From NCBI RefSeq assembly GCF_000146505.1, contig NC_017448.1, forward strand, positions 2,160,001 to 2,192,000: DNA of 32,000 bases. The letters are read 5' to 3'. This document shows, piece by piece, positions 19,089 through 26,825 of this stretch. This stretch comes from Fibrobacter succinogenes subsp. succinogenes S85. Its GTDB lineage: Bacteria > Fibrobacterota > Fibrobacteria > Fibrobacterales > Fibrobacteraceae. Below the pieces are notes generated by a model that did not search any database, had not been told where the DNA came from, and was given only the letters and a program-made list of their open reading frames with translations. The position numbers and the translations under genes are program-made. Position 1 is the stretch's first letter, and the number at the start of each line of letters is the position of its first letter.

Positions 19089-19748
19089 TTACTTCTCTCT
19101 CTTGTTGTCGTTCATGACGTCCTTACCGATCTTTTCACCGTGCATGATCCACACCTTGATACCGATGGCACCATAAACGGTCTTAGCGATGGCAGTTGCG
19201 TAGTCGATGTCAGCACGAAGAGTGTGCAGAGGCACGCGGCCTTCGGCATACTTTTCAACGCGGGCAATTTCGGCACCACCGAGGCGGCCACCGCACTGCA
19301 CCTTGATACCTTCCACACCCATGCGCATAGCGGACTGGATAGCGCGCTTCATGGCACGGCGGAAAGAAATACGCTTTTCGAGCTGGCGAGCAATGTTTTC
19401 AGCCACGAGCTTGGCATCAGTTTCCGGACGCTTGATTTCGTGGACTGCAATATAGATTTCTTTACCGGTGAGGAACTGGAGTTCGCCCTTCAAACGTTCC
19501 AATTCTTCGCCCTTTTTACCGATAACGATACCCGGGCGAGCGGTATAGAGGTTAACGTTCACCTTCTTGACGGTACGTTCGATGCCGACCTTGGAGAGGG
19601 AGGCATGTTCGAAACGCTTCATCAAGTAGCGACGGAGCACGATATCTTCATAGAGAAGATCGGCAAACTTGTCTTCGGCATACCACTTGGATTCCCAACC
19701 GCGGATAACGCCAAGACGAAGACCATTAGGATGAGTTTTGTGACCCAT
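19089..19748 (-). CDS. rpsC: 30S ribosomal protein S3
   Basis: 219 aa starting [24 protein letters not shown], with a KH domain. Confidence 0.97.
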   Translation of the reverse strand: MGHKTHPNGLRLGVIRGWESKWYAEDKFADLLYEDIVLRRYLMKRFEHASLSKVGIERTVKKVNVNLYTARPGIVIGKKGEELERLKGELQFLTGKEIYIAVHEIKRPETDAKLVAENIARQLEKRISFRRAMKRAIQSAMRMGVEGIKVQCGGRLGGAEIARVEKYAEGRVPLHTLRADIDYATAIAKTVYGAIGIKVWIMHGEKIGKDVMNDNKREK

Positions 19749-19750
19749 TG

Positions 19751-20101
19751 TTAATTCTCCTTGTCTGCGACAACGACGGTGATGTGGGAGAGCGGCTTTT
19801 CGATACGGAAAGCACGGCCCTGGGAACGCGGGTGAATGCGCTTCATGATCGTACCACCATCAGCGGTGATGGTCTTGATCACGATTTCTTCGGCGGAAAC
19901 CGGAGCGGCGGACTTCTGCTTCAAGTTAGCGACAGCGGACTTGAGAGCATTTTCAACCAGCGGAGCACCCTTGGTCTGCGTACGGAGGATGGAGAGCATC
20001 GCGAAGGCTTCGCTGACGGACTTGCCACGAACGAGGTCGACTACGCGACGGAGCTTGCGAACGCCGTAACGGACGTTTTTAACTTTAGCAACAGCTTGCA
20101 T
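19751..20101 (-). CDS. rplV: 50S ribosomal protein L22
   Basis: 116 aa with [20 protein letters not shown]. Confidence 0.95.
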   Translation of the reverse strand: MQAVAKVKNVRYGVRKLRRVVDLVRGKSVSEAFAMLSILRTQTKGAPLVENALKSAVANLKQKSAAPVSAEEIVIKTITADGGTIMKRIHPRSQGRAFRIEKPLSHITVVVADKEN

Positions 20102-20382
20102 TATTTCTTGCCTCCAGCAGTTTCAGTCTTGCGGTGACCGCGGAAAGTACGGGTCATGGAGAATTCGCCGAGCTTATGGCCAACCATGTTTTCGGTGACA
20201 TAAACCGGAAGGAACTGCTTGCCGTTATAGACGGAGAACGTGAGTCCGACCATATCCGGGACGATTGTGGAACGACGGGACCAGGTCTTGATAGCCTGTT
20301 TCTTGTCGGAACCGGCCATCGCCTGGGCCTTGCTGAGAACGTGGGAATCCACGAACGCACCTTTCTTAAGGGATCTAGACAT
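20101..20382 (-). CDS. rpsS: 30S ribosomal protein S19
   Basis: 93 aa with [12 protein letters not shown]...[24 protein letters not shown]. Confidence 0.97.
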   Translation of the reverse strand: MSRSLKKGAFVDSHVLSKAQAMAGSDKKQAIKTWSRRSTIVPDMVGLTFSVYNGKQFLPVYVTENMVGHKLGEFSMTRTFRGHRKTETAGGKK

Positions 20383-20385
20383 GAA

Positions 20386-21216
20386 TTAGGCCCTCTTCTG
20401 ACGATGACGTACGATGAACTTATCAGTACGCTTGTTGTTACGAGTTTTTGCACCCTTAGAGTTCTTACCCCAAGGAGAGCACGGATGACGACCACCAGAG
20501 GTACGACCTTCACCACCACCAAGGGGGTGATCGACCGGGTTCATAACGACACCACGGACGGCCGGGCGCTTGCCGAGCCAGCGAGAGCGGCCTGCAGAAC
20601 CCGAGGATTCATTCATGTGATCGATATTGGAAACCTGGCCAACGGTAGCGAGGCAGTCTTCCGGGATGTAGCGGACTTCGCCACTCGGAAGCTTGACCTG
20701 GCAGAGCTTGCCGTCCTTGGCAACCAGTTCTGCACCGGCACCAGCGGAACGAGCAATCTGGGCACCCTTGCCCGGCTTCATTTCGATGTTGTGGATAATG
20801 GTGTTGAGCGGAATGTCGCGGAGAGGAATTGCGTTACCTACGCGGAATTCAGCACCTTCACCAGCGTTCAGCACATCGCCAACCTTGATTTCGGCCGGAG
20901 CGATGATGTATGCACGCTTGCCGTTTTCGTACTTGACGAGAGCGATGCGAGCGGTACGGTTCGGATCGTATTCGATCGTTTCGACAGTGCAGGAGAGACC
21001 GGCAAACTGACGCTTGAAGTCGATGATACGATACAGTTTCTTGTGACCACCACCACGACGACGGGAGGTAATTTCACCAGCATTGTTACGGCCGGAGCTA
21101 CGCTTGATACCTTCGGTAAGCGGCTTGTACGGCTTTACAGCAGAGAGTTCCTTGCGGTCACCAATCTGCTTGTAACGCAGTGTCGGGGTAATCGGGCGAT
21201 AAGATTTCAGACCCAT
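20386..21216 (-). CDS. rplB: 50S ribosomal protein L2
   Basis: 276 aa with [18 protein letters not shown]...[20 protein letters not shown]. Confidence 0.97.
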   Translation of the reverse strand: MGLKSYRPITPTLRYKQIGDRKELSAVKPYKPLTEGIKRSSGRNNAGEITSRRRGGGHKKLYRIIDFKRQFAGLSCTVETIEYDPNRTARIALVKYENGKRAYIIAPAEIKVGDVLNAGEGAEFRVGNAIPLRDIPLNTIIHNIEMKPGKGAQIARSAGAGAELVAKDGKLCQVKLPSGEVRYIPEDCLATVGQVSNIDHMNESSGSAGRSRWLGKRPAVRGVVMNPVDHPLGGGEGRTSGGRHPCSPWGKNSKGAKTRNNKRTDKFIVRHRQKRA

Positions 21217-21218
21217 GG

Positions 21219-21521
21219 TTATACTCCTTCAAACTCGGCAATCTTTTGCCCGGCCTTCAATGTGATGTAGGCCTTCTTCCAGTTCGGTTTCTTGCCAGCG
21301 ACCATACGGACGCGCTTGATCTTGCCGCGGTTGATCAAAGTGTTGACCTTAGCGACCTTGACTTCAAAGCGCTTTTCGATAGCAGCCTTGATGTCTTCCT
21401 TAGAAGCGTCCATGGCGACCTTGAACACGTACTTGTGCACGTCGTTACGCTTGTTCACCATGTTCTTCATGGTTTCTTCGGTAACGTGCGGAGCAACGAG
21501 GATTTCGCGAATTTCTTTCAT
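21219..21521 (-). CDS. rplW: 50S ribosomal protein L23
   Basis: 100 aa in the L23 position between rplD and rplB, with [26 protein letters not shown]. Confidence 0.94.
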   Translation of the reverse strand: MKEIREILVAPHVTEETMKNMVNKRNDVHKYVFKVAMDASKEDIKAAIEKRFEVKVAKVNTLINRGKIKRVRMVAGKKPNWKKAYITLKAGQKIAEFEGV

Positions 21522-22141
21522 TAGCGGCCTCCTTCAAGTTCTGCGAGAGCAGCCTGAGAGATAACAACGTTATTTGCACGAACAACATCGTAAGTGTTGA
21601 CGTCAGCTACGCGAGCGCAGCGGCACCAAGGAATGTTGTTAGAGGAAAGATAGAGGTTCTGATCCTTTTCGCTAACGATGAAGAGAACGTTGCGCTGTTC
21701 GATGCCGGACTTGGCGAGAACAGAGAGGAGATCCTTGGTCTTCGGAGCGCTGAAGCTGAGAGCTTCGAACACGGAGACCTTGCCTTCGCTAGCCTTGTTG
21801 GCGAGAGCGGAGTAGAAAGCGATCTTCTTGACCTTCTTGTTCACCTTTTCGAAGTAGTCATGAGACTTCGGACCGTGTGCCTTAGCACCACGAACCCAAA
21901 CTGCAGAGGTGTTCTGACCGGAACGAGCGCGGCCGGTACCCTTCTGCTTCCACGGCTTCTGGCCACCGCCACTGACTTCGCCCTTGGACTTAGTCTGAGC
22001 AGTACCCTGACGGTTGTTGTTCAGGATAGCCTTGATGTGGAGGTACATGCAGACCTTGTTGACTTCCTGGTCGAAGAGAGCCGGGAGCTGGATATCATTC
22101 TTAAAATCGCCAGTAGCGGCGAAAAGCTTTGCACTAGCCAT
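21521..22141 (-). CDS. rplD: 50S ribosomal protein L4
   Basis: 206 aa with GGGQKPWKQKGTGRARSG. Confidence 0.96.
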   Translation of the reverse strand: MASAKLFAATGDFKNDIQLPALFDQEVNKVCMYLHIKAILNNNRQGTAQTKSKGEVSGGGQKPWKQKGTGRARSGQNTSAVWVRGAKAHGPKSHDYFEKVNKKVKKIAFYSALANKASEGKVSVFEALSFSAPKTKDLLSVLAKSGIEQRNVLFIVSEKDQNLYLSSNNIPWCRCARVADVNTYDVVRANNVVISQAALAELEGGR

Positions 22142-22758
22142 TAGTCTTTCCTCACCACGATGATGCTGTTCTTCGGGCCCGGGACAGCGCCACGGACGAA
22201 GATCAGGTTGCGGTCGCCATCAACTTTGACGACCTGGAGGTGCTTCACGGTCACTTTCTTGTTGCCGTATTGACCAGCCATACGCTTACCCGGGAAAACA
22301 CGACCCGGATAGGAGTGAGCGGACGTACCACCCGGTTCGCGCATATTGTGCGTACCATGGGAACGAGGACCGCTATGGAAACCGTGGCGCTTGATAGTGC
22401 CAGAGAAACCATGACCCTTGGAGATGCCAGAGACGTTCACAGTCTTTGCATCAGCGAAGTCGGCAGCGCCGAATTCCTTGCCAACCGGCCAGGATTCGAG
22501 ATCAGCGACATCAAATTCAGCGAGGTGTTCACGAACAGCCACGTCAGCCTTCTTGAAATGGCCGACTTCTGCCTTATTGGCGCGCTGTTCCTTCTTGAGA
22601 CCAAAGCCGATCTGGACAGCAGTGTAGCCGTCCTTCTCTTCTGTCTTATGGCAAACGACCACGCACGGACCGGCTTCGAGAACCGTGACAGGGACGCATT
22701 CGCCCTGTTCCGTGAACACTTGGGTCATTCCCAATTTCTTTGCGAGAATACCGTTCAT
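22141..22758 (-). CDS. rplC: 50S ribosomal protein L3
   Basis: 205 aa starting MNGILAKKLGMTQVFTEQGECVPVTVLEAGPC. Confidence 0.97.
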   Translation of the reverse strand: MNGILAKKLGMTQVFTEQGECVPVTVLEAGPCVVVCHKTEEKDGYTAVQIGFGLKKEQRANKAEVGHFKKADVAVREHLAEFDVADLESWPVGKEFGAADFADAKTVNVSGISKGHGFSGTIKRHGFHSGPRSHGTHNMREPGGTSAHSYPGRVFPGKRMAGQYGNKKVTVKHLQVVKVDGDRNLIFVRGAVPGPKNSIIVVRKD

Positions 22759-22763
22759 TGTTA

Positions 22764-23072
22764 TTAGACCTTAATTTCGACTTCAACGCCTGCCGGCAAG
22801 TCAAGTTTCATGAGGGAATCTACAGTTTGCGGCGTAGCATCAAGGATGTCGATAAGACGCTTGTGCGTACGGGATTCGAACTGTTCACGAGAAGTCTTGT
22901 CAATATGCGGAGAGCGGAGCACCGTATACTTCTGGATCTTCGTCGGGAGAGGGATGGGGCCTGCAATACGAGCCCCAGTGTTCTTAGCTGTATTCACGAT
23001 ATCTTGAGCAGAGCGGTCGATCATACGATGATCGAAGCTCTTCAAGCGAATACGGATGCGTTCACCAGCCAT
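22764..23072 (-). CDS. rpsJ: 30S ribosomal protein S10
   Basis: 102 aa with [22 protein letters not shown]...GPIPLPT. Confidence 0.97.
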   Translation of the reverse strand: MAGERIRIRLKSFDHRMIDRSAQDIVNTAKNTGARIAGPIPLPTKIQKYTVLRSPHIDKTSREQFESRTHKRLIDILDATPQTVDSLMKLDLPAGVEVEIKV

Positions 23073-23081
23073 GATTATTCC

Positions 23082-24266
23082 TTACTTGATGATTTCGGTA
23101 ACAGAGCCAGCACCAACAGTACGTCCACCTTCGCGGATAGCGAAGCGGAGCTGCTTTTCCATGGCGATCGGAGCGATGAGGTTCACGTGAATCGTGACGG
23201 TATCACCCGGGGTAACCATTTCGACGCCTTCCGGGAGCTGAATCGTGCCGGTAACGTCGGTGGTGCGGAAGTAGAACTGAGGACGGTAGCCGTTCATGAA
23301 CGGCGTGTGGCGGCCACCTTCGTCCTTCGTGAGAACGTAGATTTCAGCCTTGAATTCGGTGTGCGGAGTGACAGACTTCGGAGCGGCGAGAACCATGCCA
23401 CGGACGATGTCCTTCTTTTCAGCGCCACGGAGGAGGAGACCAACGTTGTCACCTGCCTGAGCGTCGTCGAGAAGCTTGCGGAACATTTCAACACCGGTGA
23501 TGACGTATTCGGTGGTTTCACCGAGACCGATACGTTCGACCTTGTCGTTCAAGCGAACGACACCGCGTTCGATACGGCCAGTAGCGACAGTGCCGCGGCC
23601 AGTAATCGTGAACACGTCTTCGATCGGCATGAGGAACGGCTTGTCGGTATCGCGCTGCGGGAGCGGGATGTATTCGTCGCAAGCGTTCATGAGTTCCATG
23701 ACCTTGTCCTGGTATTCCGGATCGCCTTCAAGAGCCTTGAGAGCAGAACCGCGGATGATCGGGGTGTTGTCACCGTCAAAGTCATACTTGGACAGAAGTT
23801 CGCGAACTTCCATTTCGACGAGGTCGAGAATTTCGGCATCGTCAACCATGTCGCACTTGTTCATGAACACGACGATCTTCGGCACGCCAACCTGGTGAGC
23901 GAGAAGGATGTGTTCGCGAGTCTGCGGCATCGGGCCGTCAGTAGCAGCAACGACGAGGATAGCGCCGTCCATCTGAGCAGCACCAGTCACCATGTTCTTC
24001 ACATAGTCAGCATGCCCCGGGCAGTCAACGTGTGCGTAGTGACGGTTTGCAGTGGTGTATTCCACGTGAGAGGTGTTAATCGTGATACCACGAGCCTTTT
24101 CTTCCGGAGCGTTGTCGATTTCATCGAAACGCTTTGCAGCGGCGAGACCCTTAGCAGCGAGAGTCGTGCAGATTGCAGCGGTCAAAGTGGTTTTACCGTG
24201 GTCAACGTGGCCGATGGTGCCAATGTTGCAGTGCGGCTTGCTTCTGTCAAAATGTTCTTTTGCCAT
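23082..24266 (-). CDS. tuf: Elongation factor Tu
   Basis: 394 aa with [18 protein letters not shown] and NKCD GTPase motifs. Only 9 bp separate it from rpsJ. Confidence 0.98.
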
Positions 24267-24377
24267 TTTTTCCTCTTCTTCAGCAGAAGGTTTATCGCTT
24301 CAAGTTCAAGAGAACTACACGAGTTCTCCGTATTTTCGCAAAGCATAGGAAGCGGTACTCTGCGAAATTGGAACACA

Positions 24378-24405
24378 AATTTAATAATTTCTAGATTATT
24401 TGCAA
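24378..24405 (-). promoter_or_regulatory. Candidate sigma70-like promoter for tuf
   Basis: The minus strand reads TTGCAA-16 nt-TAAATT about 110 nt upstream of the tuf ATG. The predicted leader contains the hairpin GAGAACT-cgtgt-AGTTCTC (plus-strand coordinates ~24311-24329). This is motif matching only, and the promoter consensus for this lineage is not known to me. Confidence 0.25.
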
Positions 24406-24787
24406 GATTTTTTCTTTTGAAATTTCGCCAAAAATGCGGATTTTCGGACTTATCCACAGTTTTTCAGGGTGTTTCCGGGCCGTTGAAAACCCGCTCATTT
24501 CCCAGGATAAAAATGCCTTTTTTCGCTCAAAAATCAAAGGTTCAATATTTTATATCAACTATAAAACCAAGTTTTCTACATTTTATCAACAATATTCACA
24601 AACGCAGCGAAATTCAATTCACAATCCAAGATTCAAGATGTAAAAAGATTTTTACATTATAAAATTTTACAAAGTTTTACGTTTTTCAAGTTTCTCCAAG
24701 CCATTGACTTTCAATATTTTGAGATTTTCCGCCTCACCCGGAAAAACAAATTACGTTCCCCAAAATTTTCCCCATCAACTGTTGATA

Positions 24788-24829
24788 AACGACCATTAAC
24801 AAATGACTACTGACCACAGGCCAATAACC
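24788..24829. repeat. Degenerate heptamer tandem array (6 units), same word family as 10186-10235 but inverted
   Basis: The plus strand reads AACGACC ATTAACA AATGACT ACTGACC ACAGGCC AATAACC. The reverse complement reads GGTTATT GGCCTGT GGTCAGT AGTCATT TGTTAAT GGTCGTT. Confidence 0.8.
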
Positions 24830-24945
24830 AAACTCCAACTTGTTCTACATCACGATAATGACGTGAAAAGAATTTTTACAAGACATTATATATAATATTT
24901 CTATCTTTTAAAAAAGGTGTTTGGGGATAATTTCGAGGAACTTCT

Positions 24946-26610
24946 ATGAAATACCCCCTTTTGAGGTCCCTGCTTACGCTTGGGGCACTCGCTTTGGCTT
25001 GTTCGTGTTCAGATGACAAATCGCCCAACAGTGGCGAGTCTTCTTTTGTACCCTGTGAAGACGCCTGGTACCTGAAAGATTACAGTCTTTTGATGTATCA
25101 AGATTTGAAAGTCACAGATCTTAGCGGAAATGAAGTCGGTAAGCTAGTCCCCGTTCAGGGAACTCTGGTTGCCATCGTCAAAGACTTGTCCGGCAACACC
25201 ATCATCCCCCAAGTTGATCTTGCAACAACTCCGGTCCTCACGGGTGACCCGACAAAGTGCAACGCCAACCCTAAGCCGCAGCCAAGCACAGCCATTTCGT
25301 CCTGCATTGACGCCTGGTACTTAGCGGCCACCAAGAACTATCTCCTTTATGCAGACCTCACGGTGACCGATGAAGCCGGCACGCAGGTCGGCACAATCGT
25401 CGCATCCTCGGGTTCTTCCCTCGTCAATATAGTTGACCTGTCCGGCAAGCCGATTATCAACAACATCGACCTCTCCAAGCTCCCGCTCATTACAGGCGAT
25501 GGAGTCCGCTACAAGATTTTGGAACCGGCCTTCCACTTGAAGGATGCGACTGGCGACTACGTGATTTACCAGAACACAGTCGTCACAAAGCCGGACGGCA
25601 CGCCCATCGGTTATGCCGACTTTGCAACAAATTCCATCAAGTACATTGACCAGGTCACAGTTCTTACTACGACCTCAAATATCCTTACTCTCCCAATTCT
25701 CGCTCCGGGCGGAAAATGCGTAGACTACGCCGGTGTAGTCGCTTCCTCATCAAGCACCAACCCGGTTTACAGTAGCTCTTCCGTATACAATCCGCCTAAC
25801 CCGAACAGCAGCAGCGCTACCCCCAAGAGTAGTTCTTCTAAGCCGAAGAGCAGCAGCTCCGCTCCTCCCCCGAGCAGCAGCTCTGCCCCTGTAACAAACC
25901 AGTGTCCGACTATCAAGACTAAGGGCGGTGGCGGTTCTGGCTGGGCCACCCGTTACTGGGACTGCTGCAAGCCTCACTGCTCCTGGCCGGAACATGCAGG
26001 CGGTAACTACTCCAAGCAATGTACCAACAAGGGCAAGACTGAAAATACGAACTGGGGCGACGGCAGTATCTGCAGCGGCGGTTCCCAGATGACCTGCACA
26101 AGCCAGATTCCGTTCACGATTGACGGTTGCACCGAAATGGCATTCGCATTCGCGGCAGTTCCGGCAGCAAACGGCGGTCAGTGCGGTAAGTGCTTCCAGC
26201 TCACCTTCACCGGTACCGGCAAGTATTCTAACGACGCAAACATCAAGAGACTTAAAGGCAAGAAGCTCATCATCATGGCAACAAACGTTGGTGGCGACGT
26301 TCAGCAGGGACAGTTCGACATCATGATCCCGGGTGGTGGCGTCGGTATATTCAACGGATGCTCTAGCATGGGCTGGGGCAGCCAGGGCGCTCAATACGGC
26401 GGTCTCCTTTCTGATTGCGAAACCGAAACGAAGTACGCCGCAGGCAAATACAAGAGCTGCCTCACCGAAAAGTGCAACAAGTCCTTCGCCAACGACGAAC
26501 AGGCAAGAAAGGGATGCCTCTTCCTCGCCGACTGGATGGGCGCAGCAGGCAACCCGGAACACAACTACGTCGAAGTGGAATGCCCGCAGGTCCTCAAGGA
26601 CAAGTACTAA
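24946..26610 (+). CDS. Multi-modular GH45 endoglucanase (signal/lipoprotein-like N-terminus, 3 unknown repeats, Ser/Pro linker, GH45 catalytic domain)
   Basis: 554 aa. The C-terminal domain carries ATRYWDCCKPHCSW, CGKCFQLTFTGTG and GQFDIMIPGGGVGIFNGC, matching from memory the fungal GH45 (Humicola insolens EGV) TRYWDCCKPSC / HFDLNIPGGGVGIF signature blocks. The N-terminus is MKYPLLRSLLTLGALALAC-SCSDD. An SD-like GAGGAA lies upstream. Confidence 0.9.
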   Translation: MKYPLLRSLLTLGALALACSCSDDKSPNSGESSFVPCEDAWYLKDYSLLMYQDLKVTDLSGNEVGKLVPVQGTLVAIVKDLSGNTIIPQVDLATTPVLTGDPTKCNANPKPQPSTAISSCIDAWYLAATKNYLLYADLTVTDEAGTQVGTIVASSGSSLVNIVDLSGKPIINNIDLSKLPLITGDGVRYKILEPAFHLKDATGDYVIYQNTVVTKPDGTPIGYADFATNSIKYIDQVTVLTTTSNILTLPILAPGGKCVDYAGVVASSSSTNPVYSSSSVYNPPNPNSSSATPKSSSSKPKSSSSAPPPSSSSAPVTNQCPTIKTKGGGGSGWATRYWDCCKPHCSWPEHAGGNYSKQCTNKGKTENTNWGDGSICSGGSQMTCTSQIPFTIDGCTEMAFAFAAVPAANGGQCGKCFQLTFTGTGKYSNDANIKRLKGKKLIIMATNVGGDVQQGQFDIMIPGGGVGIFNGCSSMGWGSQGAQYGGLLSDCETETKYAAGKYKSCLTEKCNKSFANDEQARKGCLFLADWMGAAGNPEHNYVEVECPQVLKDKY

Positions 26611-26634
26611 TAAAAAAGTCTAAATCGGAACAAA

Positions 26635-26665
26635 ACGCCCCGGACAGGGGCGTTTTTCTTTTTTG
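26635..26665 (+). terminator. Rho-independent terminator after the first GH45 gene
   Basis: ACGCCCC-ggaca-GGGGCGT followed by TTTTTCTTTTTT. Confidence 0.85.
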
Positions 26666-26825
26666 TAAGTCTTTGATAATAAATAAGTTGTGCGTAACTT
26701 CACATAATTACATTGTATAGTTCTTTTTACTCTTATTTACGAGCATTTTAGAGGATAAGATTTTATCTTTTACCGCGGATGATTGGAATACAGGGTGTGA
26801 TATATTTACAAGGGCTTATTATATC

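Noticed and set aside
24173-24662. Short ORFs in the tuf-GH45 spacer (24173..24394, 24182..24457, 24434..24643).
   Set aside because: They lie in AT-rich sequence, give low-complexity translations, lack ribosome-binding sites and overlap one another. I treat the region as non-coding.
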